Of a DNA stretch of 64,000 nt, positions 1 to 8,395 are shown in pieces. The DNA lies in NCBI GenBank assembly GCA_024698685.1, contig JAILQZ010000079.1:355-64354 (forward strand). The letters run 5' to 3'. Made by a program: the position numbers and the translations under genes. Below the pieces are notes generated by a model that saw nothing but the letters and a program-made list of their open reading frames with translations, was not told where the DNA came from and did no database searches. Each line of letters starts with the position of its first letter. Position 1 is the first letter of the stretch. The DNA is from a bacterium (GTDB lineage: Bacteria > Actinomycetota > Coriobacteriia > Coriobacteriales > CADBOM01).

Positions 1-119
1 AGGCCTTCGAGAGAGCCTTCCCGAAGTGCTACAGGATTGGAGATTGCTCTGGCAAGGGGCGCGGCGGAAATCTGGGAAATGCGGTGAAGACGGCCTTCGA
101 AAAGGCAATGCAGGTGTAG
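1..119 (+). CDS. 3' end of an unidentified CDS (5'-truncated by window edge)
   Basis: Reading from nt 3 gives ...AFERAFPKCYRIGDCSGKGRGGNLGNAVKTAFEKAMQV with mostly G/C third positions and TAG at 117-119. The 26..277 track ORF in another frame looks like noise. No family recognised. Confidence 0.3.
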   Translation, partial: AFERAFPKCYRIGDCSGKGRGGNLGNAVKTAFEKAMQV

Positions 120-358
120 AGAATCATTCCGAAGAGATATTAATATGGTTTTTTCACCGACAAAGTCGCTTTTGCGTAAGATCGGTTTTCGTTAATACTT
201 TATTAAATTCTTTAATGCGCGCGAGATACGATGCATATATCCGAGCAGAAATGCAAGATTGTTTATTACAATGCTAACAAGTTCTGCTTCTGCAGGGATT
301 ATGCATCTACCGCAAAGCCAGCAAGCAGATTGCACAGTCAAGTGAAGAGAGGTTGACG

Positions 359-1810
359 ATGGAAGGATTCATAGCAGGTCTCGGCAGTGCTATCGGAACC
401 ATTGATGGAATCGTGTGGGGATTCCCGCTCATCATCATTCTGGTAGGCACTCACATCTACATGACCATCCGCACCCGCGGAATCCAACGCAAGGTCGGCT
501 TGGGCATCAAGCTGAGCTTCGCTAAGGACAAGGACGGCGAGGGAAACATCAGCCAGTTCGGCGCGCTGACAACCGCGCTCTCTGCCACGATCGGTACCGG
601 TAACATCGTCGGTGTCGCCACCGCAATCGTCAGCGGCGGACCTGGCGCGGTCTTCTGGATGTGGATCATCGGCGTCTTCGGAATCGCCACCAAGTACGCG
701 GAGAGCTTCATCTCCCTGCGCTTCAGGGTCAAGGACCACGCGGGCGATATGCTCGGTGGAGCGATGTACGCTCTCGAGAACGGATTCCCCAAGAAGAAGT
801 GGGCCAAGGTCGTCGCAATCCTGTTCGCGCTCTTCGCTGCTCTGGCATCCTTCGGAATCGGCGGCGCAGTCCAGTCGAACTCCGTCTGCGGAATCATCAC
901 CGAGTACGCCAACGTCCCGATCTGGGCGATCGGCCTCATCATGGCGGTCCTCGTGGGAATCGTCGTCCTCGGCGGCATCCGCTCCATCTCCAGGGTATGC
1001 GAGAAGCTCGTCCCCTTCATGGCGATCTTCTACGTTCTCTGCTGCCTCATCATCATCGGCATGAACTACGCATACATCGGCCCCGCCATCAAGTACATCG
1101 TCCTCTGCGCATTCACCCCGACGGCGCTCTTCGGCGGCGGCGCAGGTTTCGCGGTCATGCAGGCGATGCGCTACGGCGCGGCCCGCGGCCTCTTCTCGAA
1201 TGAGTCTGGAATGGGTTCGGCACCGCTGGCTTCCGCCAACGCCGTTACCCGCAACCCCGCTCGCCAGGCTCTCGTTTCGATGACCGGCACCTTCTGGGAC
1301 ACCGTCATCGTCTGCGCGATCACCGGAATCACCCTGATCTCCTCGATGCTCGCAACCGATCCCGGCACCTCCGGCTCTATCGCCGCCACCTACGCTGCCG
1401 GCGGATTCGAGAAGGGCCTCCAGCTCACGGTCGCCTGCTTCGGCCAGGTTCCGCTGTTCGGACCTGCGGTCCTCATTGTCGGCATGGTCCTCTTCTCCTA
1501 CACGACGATGCTCGGCTGGAGCTGGTATGGCAACCGCGTCGTTGCCTATCTCTTCGGCAAGAAGGCCATCAAGCCCTACCAGGTCGTCTTCCTCGTCTTC
1601 ATCGTCCTCGGCGCCATCGGCGGCAGCTCGGCGCTCGCAAGCTTGGCTTGGGACTTCGCGGATGTCATGAACGGACTGATGGTCGTCCCCAACGTCATCG
1701 CGGTCTGGGCGCTCGCAGGGCTCATCTCCCGCGAGACCAAGCATTACGTCTACGACAAGAACCTCGACGAGAAGGAGGAAAGGGAGATCCCGACCATCGA
1801 TTCGAAGTAG
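359..1810 (+). CDS. alanine/glycine:cation (sodium:alanine) symporter family protein (AGCS)
   Basis: Polytopic membrane protein. The N-terminus MEGFIAGLGSAIGTIDGIVWGFPLIIILVGTHIYMTIRTRGIQR and the GALTTALSATIGTGNIVGVATAI block are typical of the AGCS family. ATG at 359 sits 6 nt after GAGAGG; the track ORF starts at TTG 353. Confidence 0.9.
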   Translation: MEGFIAGLGSAIGTIDGIVWGFPLIIILVGTHIYMTIRTRGIQRKVGLGIKLSFAKDKDGEGNISQFGALTTALSATIGTGNIVGVATAIVSGGPGAVFWMWIIGVFGIATKYAESFISLRFRVKDHAGDMLGGAMYALENGFPKKKWAKVVAILFALFAALASFGIGGAVQSNSVCGIITEYANVPIWAIGLIMAVLVGIVVLGGIRSISRVCEKLVPFMAIFYVLCCLIIIGMNYAYIGPAIKYIVLCAFTPTALFGGGAGFAVMQAMRYGAARGLFSNESGMGSAPLASANAVTRNPARQALVSMTGTFWDTVIVCAITGITLISSMLATDPGTSGSIAATYAAGGFEKGLQLTVACFGQVPLFGPAVLIVGMVLFSYTTMLGWSWYGNRVVAYLFGKKAIKPYQVVFLVFIVLGAIGGSSALASLAWDFADVMNGLMVVPNVIAVWALAGLISRETKHYVYDKNLDEKEEREIPTIDSK

Positions 1811-1837
1811 CTCCCTTCTCTGATATGCAAAAGCGTT

Positions 1838-1876
1838 GCGGCTGGATTCATTGCGAATCCAGCCGCATTTCTTTTC
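1838..1876. terminator. Rho-independent terminator between convergent genes (possibly bidirectional)
   Basis: Perfect 12-bp inverted repeat GCGGCTGGATTC (1838-1849) / GAATCCAGCCGC (1855-1866) with loop ATTGC, followed by ATTTCTTTTC on the plus strand. A CAAAAGCG run on the other side gives a weaker U-tract for the minus strand. Confidence 0.7.
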
Positions 1877-1893
1877 AGTACCGCAGCTTGAGG

Positions 1894-2757
1894 CTACTTG
1901 CCGCTAGAGCCGAACCCTTTCGAGCTGCGCGATGTCTCGTCGAGCGCGTCGACTATCTCGACCTCTATGTCGGGAACGCTCGAGATGACGAGCTGGGCGA
2001 TGCGCTCTCCCCTCTCTATCGAGATGGCTCGCTTCGGGTCCAAGTTGATGAAGATCGCCGAGAGTTCCTCGTCGAGGGATGCGGTCGCGACCACCGAGGG
2101 GCTGTCGACTATCGAGAGCCCCTCGCGCAGGGAGAGACCGCTTCTCGGCTGGATGAATCCGATGCATCCCTGCGGAATGCCAACCCCGATACCGAACGGG
2201 ACCTCGACACGCTCGAGAGGCGCTACCTCCACTTCGATCGCAGAGCGCAGGTCGAGACCGTTGTCGCCCTCATGGGCATACATCACCGCATCGAGACCCT
2301 CGCACAGCGGCTTGATAGCAAGCTTTCCATCCATCTGAGCCACATCCTCACCTTCAATCTGGACGACATCGCAGCGCAGTGCGTCGCGAACGACTATCCA
2401 GCCGATAGTCTGTCCCTCTTCTATGCATAGGGGCGAATCGGCATTCACATTCATGCATACGAATGCGACATCGCCTCTGTATCCGTTGTCTATGAGCCCG
2501 GGCGAATTCGCGAACTTCAGGCCTTGCGCAGCCATCTCGCGCACAGGAATCGCGAAGCCCGCGTAGTCTCCCGGCAGAGCGATTGAGGTGCCAGTCGAAA
2601 CGAGACGGCGCTCCAGGGGGTCGAGCGTCGCTGATTCGCATGCCCTGAACGCGACCGCAGCCGATGGCATGCTGGCCTCGGGCACCTGAGCGCCATCCGA
2701 GACCAAAGCCACCCTGAGCTTCAGCGCATCCTTGTCCGAAACGTCATCTCTGCCCAT
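1894..2757 (-). CDS. dut: tandem (two-domain) dUTP diphosphatase-like protein
   Basis: Twice normal dUTPase length. The N-half carries motif III (PGLIDNGYRGDV). The C-half carries motifs I (GDNGLDLRS), II (QPRSGLSLREGL), IV (GERIAQLVI) and V (RSSKGFGSSGK). ATG at 2757; the track ORF starts two codons earlier at TTG 2763. Confidence 0.8.
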   Translation of the reverse strand: MGRDDVSDKDALKLRVALVSDGAQVPEASMPSAAVAFRACESATLDPLERRLVSTGTSIALPGDYAGFAIPVREMAAQGLKFANSPGLIDNGYRGDVAFVCMNVNADSPLCIEEGQTIGWIVVRDALRCDVVQIEGEDVAQMDGKLAIKPLCEGLDAVMYAHEGDNGLDLRSAIEVEVAPLERVEVPFGIGVGIPQGCIGFIQPRSGLSLREGLSIVDSPSVVATASLDEELSAIFINLDPKRAISIERGERIAQLVISSVPDIEVEIVDALDETSRSSKGFGSSGK

Positions 2758-2835
2758 ATCCAACCCGCTAATGCTAGAATCGATAGTGCATAGACAATTC
2801 TACAGCCTCGGCGCCAGTCGAGTGCCGGTGAGACC

Positions 2836-3441
2836 ATGAAACGGAGCGGGAAGATGAAGGAAGCCCTGAGAAACGGCATGGTGCTGGGTATCGCCATGAT
2901 AATCCTCGGCATCGTCGTGATGGTATGGCCTGGCGCTGTGATGAGCATGGTCTGCACGATATTGGGAATCGGCCTGATCGCTGTGGGAATCGTCGGCATC
3001 GTCAAGCTCTTCTACAAGAAGAGGAATGGAGAGATCGTCGAGGTCGACATCACCTCGATCTTCAAGAACGTCGTCGCCATAGTCCTCGGCATCGCGTTCA
3101 TCGCCAAAATGGAGACCTTCGTCTCGATCATGCCGTTCCTCGCCGGGGTTCTCGTCACCGTCGACGGCGTGATAGTAATCATCATGTCGCTCATCTACAG
3201 GAGCATCAACAAGAACTGGTACCTCGCGCTGATCGGTGGCGCCATCGCCGCGATCCTCGGAATCATCATGGTCGCCTTCCCGTACGAGGTTGCGCTCTCC
3301 GAGGTCTTCGTAGTGGGATTCGCGATCGCAATCGGCGGCGTGGCCAACATAATCTATGCATGCACGGTGAAGACGGTCATCGTCGAGCTCACCGAGGACG
3401 AGCAGCCGGTTGAAGTGGAGATCGAGGAAGGCCAGCTCTAG
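2836..3441 (+). CDS. HdeD/DUF308-like small multi-pass membrane protein
   Basis: About 200 aa of repeated hydrophobic helices (GIAMIILGIVVMVWPGAVMSMVCTILGIGLIAVGIVGIV...) with an acidic C-tail. Family call from overall pattern only; start could be ATG 2854. Confidence 0.6.
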   Translation: MKRSGKMKEALRNGMVLGIAMIILGIVVMVWPGAVMSMVCTILGIGLIAVGIVGIVKLFYKKRNGEIVEVDITSIFKNVVAIVLGIAFIAKMETFVSIMPFLAGVLVTVDGVIVIIMSLIYRSINKNWYLALIGGAIAAILGIIMVAFPYEVALSEVFVVGFAIAIGGVANIIYACTVKTVIVELTEDEQPVEVEIEEGQL

Positions 3442-4745
3442 CCTATCTCCGCGAAGTCCGCGAAGCTAGCCTGCAGGTGCTTGGGACACTTCAGGCTCAA
3501 GTGCAACCCGTCCTCCTCGTAGCGCTGCGCCACTATCGTGCACTTGCTGTGCGCGAGGCTGATGAGGTCTCCACGATCGAAGGGAATCACGAGGCTGAGC
3601 GTGGCATCGGAATCGCTGCAGACCTGCGAGATCCTCTCTACCAACTCGTCAATCCCCTGCCCCAGTTCAGCGCTTATCGCGCACGCCGTGGGGTATCTGG
3701 CCATCATGACCTCGCGCTCGTCGGAGCCGAGCAGATCCATCTTGTTGAGTACGGTGATCGACGGTATGCTCTGCGCACCGATCTGCTCGAGGATATCGAG
3801 AACCGCCTGATACTGCGACTCCATCTTCGTAGATGAGACGTCGAGGACGATGAGCATGAGGTCGGAGTCGGAGATCTCGTCGAGGGTCGACTTGAACGCC
3901 TCGACCAGCGTCGTAGGGAGCTTCTGGATGAATCCGACGGTATCGGTGATCGTGACGGTGCGTCCCTCCGGCAAAACGAGCTTGCGCGTCGTCGAATCGA
4001 GCGTGGCGAAGAGCCTGTCCGTGGCGAGCACGTCAGCACCCGTGAGGCGGTTGATCAGAGTCGACTTGCCTGCGTTGGTGTAGCCGACGAGGCTAACCCG
4101 GCTCATCCCCTGGCGAAGCCTTGCCTTGCGCTGGTTGTCCCTGTCCGACTCGAGCTTGGCGAGCTCCTTCTTGATGCGGTCGATGCGCTTGCGCACCATG
4201 CGCCTGTCGACCTCGAGCTGGCTCTCGCCCTCGCCGAAGCGCGAGCCCACACCGCCGCCCATCCTGTTGGATGCGAGGTGGGCCCACATGCCGCGCAGCC
4301 TTGGATAGAGGTACTGGTTCTTCGCGAGGCGAACCTGCAGGCGGCCTTCGCGCGTCACAGCATGCAGCGAGAATATGTCGAGCACGAGCGCGGTTCGGTC
4401 GATGATCTTCGCCCCTGGTATCGCTCGCTCGAGATTGGCCTGCTGGGATGGAGAGAGCTCGTCGTCGAAGATCACGACCTGCGCATCGTGGGCCTTCACC
4501 AGCTGCGCCACCTCCTCCGCCTTGCCAGAGCCGATGAACGTCTTGGGATTAGGCGAGGCCAGCCTCTGATAGGTTGTGGCCACAGTCTCTGCGCCAGCGG
4601 TATCGGCGAGCCTCTCGAGCTCGGCCAGCGACTCCTCGACAGGCCACTCGGGATTTCCCCGATCGATGCCGACGAGAACCGCACGCTCGCGTTCGGCCTC
4701 GAACGCGGAACCCGCCTCGAAGGTCGTGGTGCGCCCCTGCGTCAT
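3438..4745 (-). CDS. hflX: GTPase HflX
   Basis: G-domain motifs GYTNAGKSTLINRLTG, DRLFATLDSTTR, DTVGF and NKMD. ATG at 4745 overlaps the miaA stop as ATGA; the track ORF extends 19 codons further upstream. Confidence 0.9.
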   Translation of the reverse strand: MTQGRTTTFEAGSAFEAERERAVLVGIDRGNPEWPVEESLAELERLADTAGAETVATTYQRLASPNPKTFIGSGKAEEVAQLVKAHDAQVVIFDDELSPSQQANLERAIPGAKIIDRTALVLDIFSLHAVTREGRLQVRLAKNQYLYPRLRGMWAHLASNRMGGGVGSRFGEGESQLEVDRRMVRKRIDRIKKELAKLESDRDNQRKARLRQGMSRVSLVGYTNAGKSTLINRLTGADVLATDRLFATLDSTTRKLVLPEGRTVTITDTVGFIQKLPTTLVEAFKSTLDEISDSDLMLIVLDVSSTKMESQYQAVLDILEQIGAQSIPSITVLNKMDLLGSDEREVMMARYPTACAISAELGQGIDELVERISQVCSDSDATLSLVIPFDRGDLISLAHSKCTIVAQRYEEDGLHLSLKCPKHLQASFADFAEIG

Positions 4746-5698
4746 ATGAATTCCCCCGTGAGCACATCGATCCACCTGATTCTGGGATCTCTCCTGAACC
4801 AAGTGCCCTGGCGCTTGCTATAGCGCCGCGTAGAACGCTTTACGAGCTCAACCGCCTCGTCTACCGTGCACCTGCCGCACAGGGCATCGATGAGCTCCTT
4901 GTAGCCTATCGCCTGCCTGGAAGTGAGCGCGTCGGCGAACCCACCCTCGACGAGCGACTTGCACTCGTCGATCAAGCCAGCGGCCATCATCTCGTCAACG
5001 CGGGCGTCGATGCGCTCGTAGAGCAGCTCGCGGCTCATGGTGAGGCCGAAGTAATCGCAAGCGTAGAAAGGCGCGAAGACCCTCATTCCCTCGTTTTGCT
5101 TAGCGTATGAGATGCCCTCGTCCATCATCTCGAAGGCGCGGATGGTCCTGCGCACGTTGTTGGGATGGATAAGCGCAGCGCTCTCGGGATCGACCTCGGC
5201 GAGCATGTCGTGGAGGTATTGCGCACCATGCTCCTCGTATATCGCAGTGTATTTGCTGCGAACCGGGTTGTCCTCCTGCTCCCCCGCAGGGAAGTTCATC
5301 ACGTCGAGGGCTGCTCGCACGTATAGGCCCGTGCCGCCGCAGACTATGGGCTTCTTGCCGCGCGCCAGGATCGAGTCGATCGCCTCGCGCGCCACCTGCT
5401 GGAAGTTGGCGGCGGAGAAGGTCTCGTCGGGATCGACGATGTCTATGCAATGGTATGGGACGGGGCGACTGTCCTCGGGAACCTTGGCCGTTCCGATGTC
5501 CATTCCGCGGTAGATCTGCATAGAGTCGGCCGAGACTATCTCGCCGTCGACCATGAGCGCAAGCGCATCCGCAACGGCAGACTTCCCCACTCCGGTGGGG
5601 CCGACTATCGCCACTACGGGGGCGCTGCTCTCGGAGATCGACTCGGCTATGAGGGCTGCAAGGCCTTGGGAGGTCGGCCTTGGGGAACCGGCTACCAT
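4742..5698 (-). CDS. miaA: tRNA dimethylallyltransferase
   Basis: P-loop VAIVGPTGVGKSAVADALA, then DSMQIYRGMDIGTAK and a conserved C-terminal RRYSKRQGTWFRR. Overlaps the miaB stop. Confidence 0.92.
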   Translation of the reverse strand: MVAGSPRPTSQGLAALIAESISESSAPVVAIVGPTGVGKSAVADALALMVDGEIVSADSMQIYRGMDIGTAKVPEDSRPVPYHCIDIVDPDETFSAANFQQVAREAIDSILARGKKPIVCGGTGLYVRAALDVMNFPAGEQEDNPVRSKYTAIYEEHGAQYLHDMLAEVDPESAALIHPNNVRRTIRAFEMMDEGISYAKQNEGMRVFAPFYACDYFGLTMSRELLYERIDARVDEMMAAGLIDECKSLVEGGFADALTSRQAIGYKELIDALCGRCTVDEAVELVKRSTRRYSKRQGTWFRRDPRIRWIDVLTGEFI

Positions 5699-7053
5699 GG
5701 CTGCCCGACCAGTTCGCCGCTGAGGTACCAGGTGCGCGCGAGATCTACCCTCACCTCGACAATGCGACCGACCATCTGCTCGGGCTCGATGCCCTCAGGG
5801 CAATCGAAGTGGACCGTCTGGTTCTTCTCGCTTCTGCCCGAGAGCTTGGAATCGTCGCGTTTGGAAAGCCCCTCGACCAGCACCTTGACGACCTTGCCCC
5901 TATCCACTTGGTTCGCATCGTAGGCTCCGCGCTGCACCACCTCGACGAGCCTGTCGAAGCGATCCTGGATCTCCTCGCGCGTCGAGACGTTCTCCATCTC
6001 GGCGGCGGGCGTTCCAGCGCGCTTCGAGTAGATGAAGGTGAACGCCTGCGAGTAGCCGACCTCGTCGACGATCGCCATGGTATCGAGGAAATCGGCCTCG
6101 GTCTCCGTCGGGTATCCTACGATGATGTCTGTCGAGAACGCGATGCCTGGCACCGCGGCCTTGAGCTTGTCGATGATGCCGAGATAGTGCGATGCGGTGT
6201 ATCTGCGGTTCATGTCCGCGAGCACCTTGTTCGAGCCGGACTGGACCGGCAGGTGCAGGAAGGGCATGATCGACTCGACAGTCGCCATGGCCTCGATGGT
6301 CTCATCGGTGAGATCCTTAGGATGGCTCGTCAAGAACCTCAGCCGCTCGATGCCGGTCTTCCCCACTGCGCGCAACAGCTTCGCGAACCTCGGGTTGCCG
6401 TAGATGTCGCGGCCATAGGAGTTGACGTTCTGCCCGAGCAACGTGATCTCGCGCACCCCGTCGTCCACCAGCGCACGCGCATCCGCGACGACCTCCTCCA
6501 TCGGGCGGCTCATCTCCCTGCCGCGAACGTATGGGACGATGCAATAGGAGCAGAAGTTGTTGCAGCCCTTCATGATCGGCAGCCACGCCTGGAACCTGCT
6601 CTCGCGAACAGTCGGGAAGGAGGAGTCATAGGGCACTCTGTCGTCTATGAGCGAAAGCTGGGGCTTAGCGCACGCGATTGCCTGCGCAAGCAGCTCCGGG
6701 AGCTCCTCGATGTTGTGGGTTCCGAATACGACGTCGATGTTCGGAAAGCTTTCGATGAGCTTGCCGCCGTCGCGCTGCCCGATGCAGCCTCCAACCGCCA
6801 CAAGGCGCGTGCCAAGTTGCGAACCGGAGCGTGCGGGCAGGTTCTTCATCGAGGCAATCTGCCCGAAGACGCGCGTATCGGCGTTCTCGCGCACGCAACA
6901 GGTCATGAAGATGACGATGTCGGCATCCTCGACCTCTTCGACGCGCTTGGCCTGCGCGGCTTCCATGAGGCCGCAGACCAGCTCGGAATCGAACAGGTTC
7001 ATCTGGCAACCGAAGGTCTTGACCAGATATCTCAGGCCGCTGAGATCGGGCAT
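5692..7053 (-). CDS. miaB: tRNA (N6-isopentenyl adenosine-37-C2)-methylthiotransferase
   Basis: UPF0004 N-domain (YLVKTFGCQMNLFDSE), radical-SAM CNNFCSYCIVP motif and C-terminal TRAM-like domain. Confidence 0.93.
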   Translation of the reverse strand: MPDLSGLRYLVKTFGCQMNLFDSELVCGLMEAAQAKRVEEVEDADIVIFMTCCVRENADTRVFGQIASMKNLPARSGSQLGTRLVAVGGCIGQRDGGKLIESFPNIDVVFGTHNIEELPELLAQAIACAKPQLSLIDDRVPYDSSFPTVRESRFQAWLPIMKGCNNFCSYCIVPYVRGREMSRPMEEVVADARALVDDGVREITLLGQNVNSYGRDIYGNPRFAKLLRAVGKTGIERLRFLTSHPKDLTDETIEAMATVESIMPFLHLPVQSGSNKVLADMNRRYTASHYLGIIDKLKAAVPGIAFSTDIIVGYPTETEADFLDTMAIVDEVGYSQAFTFIYSKRAGTPAAEMENVSTREEIQDRFDRLVEVVQRGAYDANQVDRGKVVKVLVEGLSKRDDSKLSGRSEKNQTVHFDCPEGIEPEQMVGRIVEVRVDLARTWYLSGELVGQPW

Positions 7054-7920
7054 CTACATCAGCCTCCCCATGTCGAATCCACGCTCGGCGCCAAAGGCGA
7101 AGAGCTCCTCGATGCACTCGTCGGGCGGCTGGAACTCCGCAAGCGCACCCGGGTGCACGACATCGCCGTGGTAGTCGGAGCCTCCCGTGATCAGCAGGCC
7201 GCGTTCCTTCGCGAATTCGATGAGGGAGTTCGCCTCCTCGTCGGTCTGTTCGCTATGGAAGCACTCGATGCCCATGAGCCCCTTCTCCACGAGCGGGTCG
7301 ATCGCGTCGATCACGTGATAGTGGGCCGGATGCGCGATGACCGGTACTCCACCAGCCCCGAGGATGAGCTCCAGCGCGAGGAAGCAATCCATGTCGTTGC
7401 GCTCGACGTAGTAGGGCGTGCGGCGCCCGACGTAGGTGTCGAATGCGGTGTCATGGTCTGGGGCATATCCCTTGTCGACCATGATCCTGGCGACGTTGGA
7501 CCTGTTGATCTCCATCTCCTGCGCCTCGAGCTCATCGGCCGAGATGCTGTAGCCCGCAGCCCTGAGGTTTCCGATTATCTTGAGCGTTGCGACCCTTCGA
7601 CGAGCCCGAGTAGCGGCGCACTCGTCGAGCAGGTCCTGGTTCTCGATGTCGATGAAGTAGCCGAGCATATGGAGGTCGCGACGGCCCTGGTAGCGTGCGG
7701 AGATCTCGATTCCCGGGATCAAGGCCATCCCCTCCGGCATGATGTTGCGAGCCACGCAATAGCCGGAGACGGTGTCATGATCGGTTATCGAGATATGAGT
7801 AAGGCCGCGCTCTGCGGCCTTGGAAAGGAGCTCCGACGGGCTCATCAACCCGTCGGAGTGATCTGTATGGCAATGCAGCTCGATGATCGCTCTGCGATAT
7901 CTTCCTGTCTCAATGCCCAT
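7054..7920 (-). CDS. PHP-domain metal-dependent phosphoesterase (TrpH/YciV-like)
   Basis: IELHCHTDHSDGLMSPSELLSKAAERGLTHISITDHDTVSGY is the classic PHP N-terminal signature; C-terminal GGSDYHG. Start set at ATG 7920 because the longer track ORF (to 8151) runs out of frame through spoVS. Confidence 0.8.
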   Translation of the reverse strand: MGIETGRYRRAIIELHCHTDHSDGLMSPSELLSKAAERGLTHISITDHDTVSGYCVARNIMPEGMALIPGIEISARYQGRRDLHMLGYFIDIENQDLLDECAATRARRRVATLKIIGNLRAAGYSISADELEAQEMEINRSNVARIMVDKGYAPDHDTAFDTYVGRRTPYYVERNDMDCFLALELILGAGGVPVIAHPAHYHVIDAIDPLVEKGLMGIECFHSEQTDEEANSLIEFAKERGLLITGGSDYHGDVVHPGALAEFQPPDECIEELFAFGAERGFDMGRLM

Positions 7921-7939
7921 AAGACGCGAAGCGCTCCGA

Positions 7940-8236
7940 TCAGTACTTGTCGGAGGAGGAACGCTCGGCCTTGTTGTACCTGGGTTCGACTGTGAAGCGG
8001 ATCGCCGTCCTGTTCTCGCCGTCGATGTTGATGTCGGCGAATGATGGCGCGCAGACGACCTCGATATCGACTGGCGCGAGGAATCCGCGCGAGATGGCGA
8101 TCGCCTTGACCGCCTGATTGACCGCTCCTGCGCCCACGGATTGGATCTCAACCGGAATGCCGTCCTTGATCATGCCGGCGATGGCGCCTGCGACGGACGA
8201 TGGAGATGATTTGGAAGAAACCTTGAGATAACCCAT
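7940..8236 (-). CDS. spoVS: stage V sporulation protein S (SpoVS) family protein
   Basis: MGYLKVSSKSSPSSVAGAIAGMIKDG...IQSVGAGAVNQAVKAIAISRGFLAP is near-canonical SpoVS. Confidence 0.85.
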   Translation of the reverse strand: MGYLKVSSKSSPSSVAGAIAGMIKDGIPVEIQSVGAGAVNQAVKAIAISRGFLAPVDIEVVCAPSFADINIDGENRTAIRFTVEPRYNKAERSSSDKY

Positions 8237-8395
8237 TTGCGTTCCGTTCGTTCTCTATTTGCGCTGCATTTCAAATATTGCCGTTTTGCTGCATTCTATC
8301 GTTTCGAGACATTATTGCACAAAGTGTCAAATCTGGCATCAATTGGCGTGAAACTGCACGACATAGACCGCGAAGATGTACATGGACGGCGCGTT

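Noticed and set aside
120-358. Possible glycine riboswitch upstream of the AGCS transporter
   Set aside because: None of the conserved glycine-aptamer core sequences could be found by eye. It is kept only as a low-interest unexplained leader.
5680-7995. 771-aa plus-strand ORF opposite miaB and the PHP gene. Similar long plus-strand ORFs occur at 8774..11176 (800 aa, opposite the GHKL gene and rny), 14212..16833 (873 aa, opposite dnaE), 49659..50993 (opposite tuf) and many shorter ones.
   Set aside because: All are in the codon-aligned antisense frame of well-supported minus-strand genes. Stops there require the rare sense codons TTA, CTA or TCA. Their translations are low-complexity D/L/V/E/G/R/A mirrors, cross gene boundaries, and lack RBS or family signatures. 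They are shadow ORFs produced by GC3 bias.
7054-8151. 365-aa version of the PHP protein, and the 384-aa version of IspD (55413..56567)
   Set aside because: The N-terminal extensions are Ser/Arg-rich out-of-frame overlaps with spoVS and clpC respectively. Internal ATGs with good RBSs or homology-consistent N-termini were chosen instead.
8237-8395. spoVS promoter: TTGACA (revcomp of 8325-8330) with TGcAATAAT or TAGAAT as -10 candidates
   Set aside because: Spacings to the candidate -10 elements are 8-10 or 26 nt, so no single convincing -35/-10 pair can be called. A promoter is probably present in this AT-rich gap but cannot be positioned from sequence alone.
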